A DNA stretch of 64,000 nt from assembly GCA_902802755.1 (NCBI GenBank), contig CADCNH010000001.1:262202-326201 (forward strand), in the 5' to 3' direction. Origin of the DNA: an uncultured Bacteroidota bacterium. GTDB taxonomy: Bacteria > Bacteroidota > Bacteroidia > Bacteroidales > WCHB1-69. Positions within the stretch are counted from its first letter, which is position 1. Each line of letters opens with the position of its first letter. Positions 28,385 through 37,101 of this stretch are shown in pieces. The position numbers were made by a program, and so were the translations under genes. The notes under the pieces were generated by a model. The model did not search any database. It had not been told where the DNA came from and saw only the letters and a list, made by a program, of their open reading frames with translations.

Positions 28385-28403
28385 ACAATAAGGAGGTTTT
28401 TCA

Positions 28404-30197
28404 ATGTCAAATTACAAGTATCACATATTGATTTGTGGCGGTACAGGATGCCATGCGTCTGAAAGTGCCAAAATCAAAACGAATTTTGAAACTATTTTAG
28501 CAGAAAAGAACCTGGCTAATGACGTGCAAGTGATTGGTACCGGTTGCTTCGGCTTCTGCGAGAAAGGCCCTATCGTTAAGATTCTGCCCGACAACACTTT
28601 CTATGTTCAGGTAAAACCTGAAAACGTGGAAGAAATTATCAACGAGCACATCATCAAGGGTCGTAAAGTGGAACGCTTGCTGTATGTTGACCCCAAAACC
28701 CAGCAGCACAAGGAAGACTCCAAACACATGGGCTTCTACAAGAAACAGATGCGTATCGCTTTGCGTAACTGCGGTTTCATCAATCCTGAAAACATCGACG
28801 AGTACATCGCTCGCGACGGTTACAAAGCTTTGGCCAGCGTGTTGGAAAGAAACGATCCTGAAGCTACTATCGAAGATATCAAGAAATCAGGCCTCCGCGG
28901 TCGTGGTGGCGCTGGCTTCCCCACAGGTATGAAATGGAGCCTCTGCCGTCAGAACAGCGCTGACCAGAAATACATGATCTGCAACGCTGACGAAGGTGAC
29001 CCGGGTGCATTTATGGATCGTTCCATCCTGGAAGGTGACCCGCACACTGTCATCGAAGCTATGGCTATCGGTGGTTTCTGTATCGGTGCCACCAAGGGTT
29101 TGATTTATATCCGTGCCGAATATCCGCTGGCTATCCACCGTTTGCAGGTGGCTATCTCCCAGGCTCGCGAAATCGGTCTGCTCGGTCCCGACATCCTCGG
29201 TTCAGGCTTCGATTTCGACATCGAATTGAGATACGGTGCTGGCGCATTCGTATGCGGTGAGGAAACCGCTCTGATCCACTCCATGGAAGGTATGCGTGGT
29301 GAACCTACTTTCAAACCGCCATTCCCCGCCGTTCAGGGTTACTTGAAGAAACCCTCTAACGTGAACAACGTTGAGACATTCGCTAACATTCCCGTTATCA
29401 TCAACAAGGGTTGGGAATGGTTCAGCTCAATCGGAACAGAAAAATCAAAAGGTACGAAGGTGTTCGCTTTGGCCGGTCAGATCAACAACGTCGGTTTGAT
29501 CGAGGTGCCTATGGGTATCACCCTTCGTGAAATCATTTATGAAATCGGTGGCGGTATCAAGGGCGGCAAGAAATTCAAAGCCGTTCAGACCGGTGGTCCT
29601 TCAGGCGGTTGCTTGACCGAGAAGTTCCTCGATACTCCTATTGATTATGAAAACCTCGTGGCAGCAGGCTCTATGATGGGTTCTGGCGGTATGATTGTTA
29701 TGGACGAGACTTCCTGTATGGTTTCAGTGGCCAAGTTCTATTTGGACTTCACTGTTGAAGAGTCTTGCGGTAAGTGCTCTCCCTGCCGTATCGGTAACAA
29801 GAGAATGTGCGAAATTCTCGACAAGATTACCAAAGGTCATGGTACCATGGAAGACCTGGACGAACTGCGTAACCTCGCCCACGTTATCAAAGACACAGCT
29901 CTCTGCGGCTTAGGACAGACTTCTCCCAACCCCGTATTGTCAACCATCGACAACTTCTGGGATGAGTATGTTGCCCACGTTGTGGATAAGAAATGCCCCG
30001 CCGGTCAGTGCAAGGCTCTGAAACAGTATGTTATCGATCCTGACAAGTGTAAGGGATGTACCGCTTGCGCAAGAAATTGCCCGGTTAACGCCATCTCCGG
30101 CACAGTGAAGAATCCGCACGAAATCGACCAGAAGGCTTGTATCAAATGCGGCACTTGCTATGAAAAATGTAAGTTTAACGCAATTAGTATAATATAA
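28404..30197 (+). CDS. hydB: NuoF-like NAD(H)/FMN subunit of bifurcating [FeFe] hydrogenase (HydB)
   Basis: 597 aa. N-terminal ILICGGTGCHAS 2Fe-2S domain, GLRGRGGAGFPTG FMN site, ESCGKCSPCR N3 cluster, and a C-terminal 2x[4Fe-4S]. Confidence 0.9.
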   Translation: MSNYKYHILICGGTGCHASESAKIKTNFETILAEKNLANDVQVIGTGCFGFCEKGPIVKILPDNTFYVQVKPENVEEIINEHIIKGRKVERLLYVDPKTQQHKEDSKHMGFYKKQMRIALRNCGFINPENIDEYIARDGYKALASVLERNDPEATIEDIKKSGLRGRGGAGFPTGMKWSLCRQNSADQKYMICNADEGDPGAFMDRSILEGDPHTVIEAMAIGGFCIGATKGLIYIRAEYPLAIHRLQVAISQAREIGLLGPDILGSGFDFDIELRYGAGAFVCGEETALIHSMEGMRGEPTFKPPFPAVQGYLKKPSNVNNVETFANIPVIINKGWEWFSSIGTEKSKGTKVFALAGQINNVGLIEVPMGITLREIIYEIGGGIKGGKKFKAVQTGGPSGGCLTEKFLDTPIDYENLVAAGSMMGSGGMIVMDETSCMVSVAKFYLDFTVEESCGKCSPCRIGNKRMCEILDKITKGHGTMEDLDELRNLAHVIKDTALCGLGQTSPNPVLSTIDNFWDEYVAHVVDKKCPAGQCKALKQYVIDPDKCKGCTACARNCPVNAISGTVKNPHEIDQKACIKCGTCYEKCKFNAISII

Positions 30198-30211
30198 AAA
30201 GCACATAATCA

Positions 30212-32002
30212 ATGGATACAGTAAAATTAACAATAGATAATAGAGAAGTTGAAGTGCCGAAAGGTACAACTATTCTGAAAGCCGCTCAGAAACTGGGTAT
30301 CGATATTCCTACCCTCTGTCATTTTGAGCTGGAAAATCTGCATGTTCACAACAGACCAGGCGGATGCCGTATTTGCGTGGTTGAGGTGGAAAAACGTAGA
30401 AACCTCGCTCCTGCCTGCGTTACCGAATGTATGGAAGGCATGGTAGTGAAAACCAACTCCATCCGTGTAATCAATGCCCGTAAAACCGTGTTGGAACTGA
30501 TCCTCAGCGACCACCCGGCAGATTGTTTGCAGTGCGCCAAGAGCGGCAGATGCGAATTGCAAGACCTTGCTGTCCGCTTCGGTATCCGCGAAAATCCTTA
30601 TATCGGAAGCAATCACGAAATGTCAAGCTATCAGGTGGAAGTTTCTCCTTCCATCATCCGCGATATGAACAAGTGCGTTATGTGCCGTCGTTGCGAAATG
30701 ATGTGTAACGAAATGCAGACCGTGGGTGCCCTGTCAGCTATCGAACGTGGTTTCCCGGCAGTGGTCTCCACCGCTTTCAACCAGCATCTGGATCACTCAC
30801 CCTGTACCTTCTGCGGTCAGTGTGTGGCAGTATGCCCCGTTGGTGCTTTGACCGAGGTTGACCATACCTCCAAAATCATCCGCGCTATCGCTGATCCTAC
30901 CAAGAAGACCGTTGTACAGGTGGCTCCCGCTGTGCGTGTGGCCCTCGGTGAAGAATTCGGTATGGAACCCGGTTCTATCGTTACTGGCAAGCTGACCGCC
31001 GCTCTGAAAGCTCTCGGTTTCGACTATGTATTCGATACTGACTGGAGCGCCGACTTGACCATCATGGAAGAAGGTACCGAGCTCATCGGCCGTCTGACCA
31101 AATATTTGGCTGGCGACAAGAGTGTTCCGCTTCCCATCCTCACTTCATGCTGCCCCGCTTGGGTGAAATTCTTCGAACACCAGTTCCCCGATATGTTGGA
31201 TCTTCCTTCAACCGCTAAATCACCGCAGCAGATGTTTGGCGCTATCGCCAAATCATATTTCGCAGAGAAGATCGGTTGCAAGCGCGAGGACATGATCAGT
31301 GTATCTGTGATGCCCTGCTTGGCCAAGAAATACGAAGTTGGCCGTGATGAGTTCAAGGTGAACGGTAATCCTGATGTGGATTATTCAATCTCTACTCGTG
31401 AGTTGGCTCGCTTGATTAAGTTGGCTAATATCGACTTCACCGCTCTTCCGGATGAGAAATTCGACAGTCCTCTTGGCGAATCAACCGGTGCCGCTGTTAT
31501 CTTCGGTACCACTGGTGGTGTAATCGAAGCCGCCGTTCGTACCGCTTACGAAGTGATTACTAAGAAACCTCTCCCGAAGATCGACTTCGAAGAACTCCGT
31601 GGTCTGGAAGGTGTTCGTTCGGCTACCGTTGATGTTGACGGCCTGAAACTGAACATCGGTATCGCTCACGGTCTGGGCAACGCCCGTAAGTTGTTGGAAG
31701 ACATCAAGGCAGGTAGGAGCCAGTTCCATGCTATCGAAATCATGGCATGTCCTGGTGGTTGTATCGACGGTGCCGGTCAGCCTCAGCACCATGGTAATAG
31801 TGATATTATCAAGGCTCGTTGGGAAGCTATCTACCGTGCCGATAGAGAAATGCCTATCCGTAAATCTCACGAGAACCCGTCCATCCAGGCTATCTACAAA
31901 GAATATCTGGGCGAACCTTGCGGTCACAAGTCACACGAATTGTTGCACACGCATTACTTCGACAGACAGACCACCGTGGAAGTGGATGTGGACAAAAAGT
32001 AA
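30212..32002 (+). CDS. hydA: [FeFe] hydrogenase catalytic subunit, group A (HydA)
   Basis: 596 aa. N-terminal 2Fe-2S and 4Fe-4S domains. H-cluster motifs TSCCPAW, MPCLAKKYE and EIMACPGGCIDGAGQP. Confidence 0.95.
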   Translation: MDTVKLTIDNREVEVPKGTTILKAAQKLGIDIPTLCHFELENLHVHNRPGGCRICVVEVEKRRNLAPACVTECMEGMVVKTNSIRVINARKTVLELILSDHPADCLQCAKSGRCELQDLAVRFGIRENPYIGSNHEMSSYQVEVSPSIIRDMNKCVMCRRCEMMCNEMQTVGALSAIERGFPAVVSTAFNQHLDHSPCTFCGQCVAVCPVGALTEVDHTSKIIRAIADPTKKTVVQVAPAVRVALGEEFGMEPGSIVTGKLTAALKALGFDYVFDTDWSADLTIMEEGTELIGRLTKYLAGDKSVPLPILTSCCPAWVKFFEHQFPDMLDLPSTAKSPQQMFGAIAKSYFAEKIGCKREDMISVSVMPCLAKKYEVGRDEFKVNGNPDVDYSISTRELARLIKLANIDFTALPDEKFDSPLGESTGAAVIFGTTGGVIEAAVRTAYEVITKKPLPKIDFEELRGLEGVRSATVDVDGLKLNIGIAHGLGNARKLLEDIKAGRSQFHAIEIMACPGGCIDGAGQPQHHGNSDIIKARWEAIYRADREMPIRKSHENPSIQAIYKEYLGEPCGHKSHELLHTHYFDRQTTVEVDVDKK

Positions 32003-32028
32003 TTAGTAATCAAGAAAAATTCAGAACA

Positions 32029-32535
32029 ATGGATAAGAAGATAATTGTAAAAATGAAAAAAGAAGTTCGGGAGAAAATTGTTGAAATTTGCAACCGCTTC
32101 AATAACAATCCCGGCGAATTGATCAATGTTTTGCACCAAACGCAGGACTATTTAGGCTATCTGCCCGCTGAAGCTCAGGAACTGATTGCCGAATGTCTGC
32201 ACATCCCGACTGCCAAGGTTTATGGTGTGGTTTCTTTCTACGCATTCTTCACCATGACCCCCAAAGGAAAATATCCTATTTCCGTATGTTTGGGTACTGC
32301 ATGCTATGTTCGTGGCGCAGAGAAAATCCTCGACGCATTCAAGAAGGAATTGGACCTCGAAGTGGGCCAAACCACTTCCGACGGCATGTTCTCGTTGACT
32401 TGCTTGCGTTGCGTGGGTGCTTGCGGTCTGGCTCCCGTTGCCATGGTTGGTAACAAGGTTTATGGCCGTTTGGCTCCCGCTGATGTGAAAAACATCGTGA
32501 AGGAGTTCAAGGACTTGGAAGCAGCCAACGCCTAA
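32029..32535 (+). CDS. hydC: NuoE-like [2Fe-2S] subunit (HydC)
   Basis: CLGTACYVRGA and CLRCVGACGLAPV. Start at MDKKIIV (32029) rather than 31918, which overlaps hydA. Confidence 0.9.
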   Translation: MDKKIIVKMKKEVREKIVEICNRFNNNPGELINVLHQTQDYLGYLPAEAQELIAECLHIPTAKVYGVVSFYAFFTMTPKGKYPISVCLGTACYVRGAEKILDAFKKELDLEVGQTTSDGMFSLTCLRCVGACGLAPVAMVGNKVYGRLAPADVKNIVKEFKDLEAANA

Positions 32536-32557
32536 TTGCCTGTATGAATCAAAAGGA

Positions 32558-32592
32558 ATCGGGCGGGTCGTAAGACCTGCCCGATTTTTGTT
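32558..32592 (+). terminator. rho-independent terminator of the hyd operon
   Basis: atcgggcgggtcgtaagacctgcccgat followed by a T-run. Confidence 0.8.
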
Positions 32593-32605
32593 TATTATTT
32601 GCGGA

Positions 32606-33001
32606 TTATTTTACGACGGGTTTGCCTGCTTGTTTCCATGCGGTAAGGCCTCCGTCTAAGTTATAGACTGTGCATCCTTGGGCTGCGAGTGTGTTGGCGG
32701 CGTTGAGACTGCGAACACCCCGGGCACAATAAACCGCTACGTTTCCTTTTACATTTTTGATTTTTTCGCTAAAATCGGCCGCTTTCACGTCAATGTTTTC
32801 CGCTCCTTTTATATGTCCTTCCGCATACTCTTTCGGAGTGCGGACATCGATGAGTCGTACGTTTTTCTTCGTAATTACCTTGGCAAATTCTTCTACTCCA
32901 ATGGTTGTAACTGTTCCTTTTGCGGTTTGTACGGAACTTTTGCCGGCGCCACATCCGCCCATCATTAAAGCGACCAGCACAATCATCAGTATATGTTTCA
33001 T
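32606..33001 (-). CDS. rhodanese-like sulfurtransferase lipoprotein
   Basis: 131 aa with lipobox MMGGC and active-site loop YCARGVRS. Confidence 0.85.
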   Translation of the reverse strand: MKHILMIVLVALMMGGCGAGKSSVQTAKGTVTTIGVEEFAKVITKKNVRLIDVRTPKEYAEGHIKGAENIDVKAADFSEKIKNVKGNVAVYCARGVRSLNAANTLAAQGCTVYNLDGGLTAWKQAGKPVVK

Positions 33002-33128
33002 CGTTTATTGGTTTTGGTAAGATTGATGCTGCAAAAATATTTTTTTTTCAATAAGACAGAAGTAATATGGAAAAATATTATTTTTGTAGTCTAAAAAAAT
33101 TGATTTTCAGCATATTTTTTGGGATACC

Positions 33129-35444
33129 ATGCAAGTTGCGAAAAAAATACTGGTATTACTGGTGATCTTGTGTGTCACAGGCCTGGCCTTGGGACAGCAG
33201 GTTGTCGATGGTGTCCATATAGGTTCGCCCCAAAGTTTTATGTATTTGACTCCCCAGACGGGAGGTGCTTCCAGCAACTGGGATGATTCATGGGTGAAAC
33301 CAATTTGTATTTTGTTTACTCAATCACACATAGGTATAGATACAGGCGCTTATCCAAGTCATCAATTCAGGGTATATGATTCTCAAAATCCTCAATCCCT
33401 TAACAACGATACTTGCTTCCGCAGTTGTGATGGGGAGGCTTTTAATAGACCAGTTTTGGCGGAAGCATGGGATTCGGACCTATACCCGGGAACTTTCGTG
33501 GATACTGTGATTCAATTAGGTACACCAGGAACTAGCGGTTCTGCTTCGGGGAAAAAAAGGCAACAGATTTTGTATTCTTTTGTGCCCGATACCAATAACC
33601 CAGTGCTGTTGGTGAACTTTGCTTTTGTGACAGAAGATGCCAGACACTTCTATGCGGGTGATCCTGGTTTTGAGTTGGCCGTGTTGCAACATGGTACTGA
33701 TAATTATTTGTCTTTGGGAAATTATGATGCTACCCATCCTTATTCCCGTTTCTGGTATAGAACACCAGGTGAAGCGGGAGACGAGGATCCCGACAATACA
33801 CCAGTGTTGCGACCCACGCAAAGTTGTCCCGTTGAACCGGGATGCCCATGCCAATATAATGTCGATAGTATTTTCACCTATCCCTATACTATTGTGGCTT
33901 TCGATTTGTCGGAGCAGGCTCGTGCCGGCCAAGCAGTGGATTTTCGTCTTGATGTATGGGGTTGTTATGGTAATTTTCATTGGTCTTATTGTTATTTTAC
34001 GGCCAAGATGGTTTCCGCCCAGTTAAAAGCGAAATATTGTGGCGGGGATTCGTTGAAATTGAGTGTTCCTTGGGGCTTTGACGAAGATACTTATGCTTGG
34101 TATAATGGACCGGATTCGGCTTCCACCACCACATCCAATTGGTTTGATCCGGATGATTCAAGTAGCCCCGTTGTGTTTCAGGGAAGCACCAAATATAATC
34201 CTATACTGCGTCCGAATCCCGCCAAGCCATACTACCGATGTGTGGTTCAGTCTTATACAGGTGTCCCCTTTGTTTATCAGGCTACGGTCAAATATTATGA
34301 TTTGAAGCCTTCTTTCTCTATTGAACCTAAAGCACTGACCAATGAGAAAAACTGCGACTATGGCGTGGTGCTGCATAATACCAGCAGTATAGGTGTTATT
34401 CAACCGAATGGCAACGGCGGGGTGGATACCATTTGGCAGGATCTGGAGATGCATCCCGATCAGTGTACATGGGATTTTGGTGATGGTACTCCTGCAGTGC
34501 ATGGTTTTGAGCCTGAACACATCTATGAGCAGCCAGGTACTTATACGGTGTCGCTATATATTGAGGATTACGAGAGAGAATGCAAATCAGTAACCATCGA
34601 TACCACCGTCACCATACTGCCAGAGTACATGGAAAAACAATATGCGGCAGATACGGTGAGTATCTGCGAGGGCAAGTTGCCGTATTATTACAAACCCGAA
34701 CTTTTTGGTTATGATAATGTGATTACCCGTTGGGACTTGAATGCTGTGGGCGATCGTCAGGTGAATTACACAAACGCATTACCTCAGTTTAATATCAGAG
34801 CCTGGAACGGTTGCGACAGTATTGTAAAGGTGCGCTTTGATGTGCAGAATCTGGCGGTAACCATCCAGCAGTTGGGCGATTTTTGTGACAGTGCCCAGAC
34901 TACGCTGGTGGCTCATGTGAGCAATATGCAGCAGAATGAGGTGGAATATACTTGGATTTATATGGACTCGGTGATGAGCACCACCGATGAGTTGTTGGCA
35001 CTGAGCGATGGAAGCTACTTAGTGAGCATCGTTGACCGCTCGACAGAATGTGAGGTGAAGGCTACATACAGGATAGAACCCTGTATGCCGGAAGTTTTTT
35101 TGCCGAACTGCATTACACCGACCCATAGTCCGAACGATGGCCCGGTGCAGAACGACTATTTCTATCTCGACCAGTTTGTGCTTCGGTTTATCTCTGAGGT
35201 GAAGTTTGTGGTATATTCGCGTTATGGCGAGGAAGTATTCTATTACGAAGGGAAGAAAAATACGGCTGGCGAGTTTGTTCCATCCACTCCATTTGCCAAC
35301 CTGCCCGCTGAAATGGATGGTCGTTTAGTGTTGTGGGATGGGAAAGTAAGGGGTAATGTGATCAGAGGTACCTACGTATATATGCTGTGGGTTGTCAGTG
35401 GCGGAAAACCATGTCTATACAAAGGAAAACTGACGGTGATATAG
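33129..35444 (+). CDS. secreted PKD-domain protein with T9SS type-B (gliding-motility-associated) C-terminal sorting domain
   Basis: 771 aa with a signal peptide, a PKD motif (WDFGDGTPAVHGFEPEHIYEQPGTYTVSLYI) and a C-terminal PNCITP...NDYF...GTYVYML tail. Confidence 0.8.
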   Translation: MQVAKKILVLLVILCVTGLALGQQVVDGVHIGSPQSFMYLTPQTGGASSNWDDSWVKPICILFTQSHIGIDTGAYPSHQFRVYDSQNPQSLNNDTCFRSCDGEAFNRPVLAEAWDSDLYPGTFVDTVIQLGTPGTSGSASGKKRQQILYSFVPDTNNPVLLVNFAFVTEDARHFYAGDPGFELAVLQHGTDNYLSLGNYDATHPYSRFWYRTPGEAGDEDPDNTPVLRPTQSCPVEPGCPCQYNVDSIFTYPYTIVAFDLSEQARAGQAVDFRLDVWGCYGNFHWSYCYFTAKMVSAQLKAKYCGGDSLKLSVPWGFDEDTYAWYNGPDSASTTTSNWFDPDDSSSPVVFQGSTKYNPILRPNPAKPYYRCVVQSYTGVPFVYQATVKYYDLKPSFSIEPKALTNEKNCDYGVVLHNTSSIGVIQPNGNGGVDTIWQDLEMHPDQCTWDFGDGTPAVHGFEPEHIYEQPGTYTVSLYIEDYERECKSVTIDTTVTILPEYMEKQYAADTVSICEGKLPYYYKPELFGYDNVITRWDLNAVGDRQVNYTNALPQFNIRAWNGCDSIVKVRFDVQNLAVTIQQLGDFCDSAQTTLVAHVSNMQQNEVEYTWIYMDSVMSTTDELLALSDGSYLVSIVDRSTECEVKATYRIEPCMPEVFLPNCITPTHSPNDGPVQNDYFYLDQFVLRFISEVKFVVYSRYGEEVFYYEGKKNTAGEFVPSTPFANLPAEMDGRLVLWDGKVRGNVIRGTYVYMLWVVSGGKPCLYKGKLTVI

Positions 35445-35517
35445 TAATCAGCCGGAGTAAACCTTCTACCTAATTTCTGCGAAGTCTGCATGAGGTTAGT
35501 AAAGGAATTGGAACAGT

Positions 35518-35757
35518 CGGGGGGCATTCATGTTGGCGAAGGGAAAAATCCTCGACGCTTTCAAGAAAGAATTGAACCTCGAGGTGGGTCAAACCACTCC
35601 CGACGGTCTGTTTTCATTGACTTGTCTGCGTTGCGTGGGTGCTTGCGGTCTGGCTCCTGTTGCCATGGTTGGCGACAAGGTTTATGGCCGTCTGGCTCCC
35701 GCCGATGTGAAAAACATCGTGAAAGAGTTCAAGGATCTGGAAGCAGCCAACGCTTAA
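35518..35757 (+). pseudogene. orphan 3' fragment of a hydC/nuoE-like gene (last ~72 codons)
   Basis: Translation KILDAFKKELNLEVGQTTPDGLFSLTCLRCVGACGLAPVAMVGDKVYGRLAPADVKNIVKEFKDLEAANA differs from the C-terminus of 32029-32535 at 4 residues. There is no 5' part of the gene. Confidence 0.85.
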
Positions 35758-35782
35758 TTGCCTGTATGAATCAAAATGAAAA

Positions 35783-35812
35783 GGGCGGGTCGCAAGACCC
35801 GCCCTTTTTTCT
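35783..35812 (+). terminator. rho-independent terminator copy following the hydC fragment
   Basis: gggcgggtcgcaagacccgccc plus a T-run. It is homologous to 32558-32592, including the shared ttgcctgtatgaatcaaaa leader. Confidence 0.8.
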
Positions 35813-36090
35813 TTTCCAAAGATTTTTTCTGTTCCTTTACCCTTGATGGAAAAGGAACCAAAAGATCAAGCCAATTTTTTTCTCAACTTTCTTTTACTGC
35901 CATAAAAGAAAGTTGCAAAGAAAAGTGGCTTTGCCGCAAGCCATTCGCAAAAGCGGTATTAAGGTAAAAATTTCCATGCGGAAATTTATGATGTAAATAT
36001 ATGGAGATATGTAGGGACGCATCGCATGCGTCCGAGATTGAGAAGAATGCTTCTGTTTATCGAACCGGTCAAAATTTTTGACCAGTTCAA

Positions 36091-36151
36091 TTTTGAAAAA
36101 AATTCCTCCCTGATGCCGCATGTGTTGGTTATATCGACTTCCTATCCCCTT
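36091..36151. repeat. direct repeat copy A (~55 bp)
   Basis: ttttgaaaaaaattcctccctgatgccgcatgtgttggttatatcgacttcctatcccctt. Matches 36704-36762. Confidence 0.85.
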
Positions 36152-36193
36152 CAGCTCACCGGGTGAATTACCTCGTACGATTTGTTAGTTCAA

Positions 36194-36490
36194 TCACATT
36201 CTCGAACTACAAATCCTATTTTTGTATTCTAAATATTTGCTGTGTTGTCCCCGACCATTTTTTAAGGTGAAAAAATTGCACCTTAAAAAATCATATTCTT
36301 CTTTTGTTAGCTCAAACATAAAATCTGTAGGAAATCGCACTATATTCATTCTTACTGCTCGCTTCAGATTTTTAGTCTCAATTCCATAAAGGGCGGCAAG
36401 GTCACTGTCAATCATTACATTTCTTCCACGTACATCATAGATAAATGGTTTTATACTGTCTGGACTAACTAGGTCAATTTTATTTTCCAT
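36194..36490 (-). pseudogene. truncated ORF6N (KilA-N-like DNA-binding) domain gene
   Basis: 98 aa. Aligns to the N-terminus of the 202-aa paralog at 60676-61284 up to GRGQHSKYL, then diverges and stops. Confidence 0.6.
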
Positions 36491-36703
36491 AAATATGAAT
36501 TTAAAACGTTTTATGCCCGCAAAGTTACAATATCCAAATCATAAAATCAATAGTAATAATACAGTTAATTTGCTTAAAATCAATACTTTGATAAATTGTA
36601 TTTTTTGTTCCAAAGGTGGACAAAACTGATGGAAAAGATGCATAAAAGCAGGGATAAATGTTTTGGGATTTTTCAAGAGTTGCAAGAAGGGAGGTGATGA
36701 ATT

Positions 36704-36762
36704 TTGGAAAAAAAAACATCCCTGATGCCGCATGTGTTGGTTATACCGACTTTCTTCCCCCT
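36704..36762. repeat. direct repeat copy B (~55 bp)
   Basis: ttttggaaaaaaaaacatccctgatgccgcatgtgttggttataccgactttcttccccctt. Confidence 0.85.
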
Positions 36763-37065
36763 TGGTAGAAATGTCTCCATGGTGTAGATTTTTCTCAGGC
36801 CGGAGGTTTGCGGGTATTGTGGATTTTACGGCAGAGCCCCAACCACCGCATTGGCGCGAACATAACCTACATACTACCCTCGTAGAGGGTTCAATATCAA
36901 TAGACGTTGGCGTTATCCCGTTATTTCCCTGCGGTGCGGGTGTTGTGTGCGCCGAAGCACGGAACAAGGCCACCGCGGAAGGGGTAAATTAGAGCTGATG
37001 CGGTAAATATCATGCTATTGCTGTGTCATAATTTTCCGAATGATTTTTCATTCACATTATTTTGT

Positions 37066-37073
37066 TATTTTTG
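37066..37073 (+). promoter_or_regulatory. -7 promoter box (TATTTTTG) for the T5orf172-WYL operon
   Basis: 29 nt upstream of the ATG at 37102. A TTTG lies upstream at 37061-37064. Confidence 0.55.
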
Positions 37074-37101
37074 CAAATCAAATACGTAATACAAATAAAA
37101 T

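Noticed and set aside
32606-35444. Rhodanese plus T9SS-protein segment between the two hydC 3' copies as an intact integrative element
   Set aside because: It has no integrase, excisionase or transfer genes, and its composition is host-like. Only the flanking duplication is reported.
35490-35846. 118-aa ORF spanning the hydC fragment
   Set aside because: It is out of frame relative to the conserved NuoE-like reading frame (35530 frame). It reads through the terminator hairpin and gives an Arg/Gly-rich translation.
36765-36990. Possible tRNA, tmRNA, RNase P RNA, retron or group II intron fragment
   Set aside because: I looked for a T-arm GGTTCGAATCC-like box, a tmRNA 5'/3' acceptor, RNase P P4 strings, an adjacent RT gene and a domain-V-like GNRA hairpin. 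None was convincing. Only a vague local resemblance to RNase P strings was seen.
36539-36992. 144-aa (minus) and 86-aa (plus) ORFs in the GC-rich block
   Set aside because: They overlap each other, have implausible low-complexity translations, and have no start context. The region is treated as non-coding (see findings).
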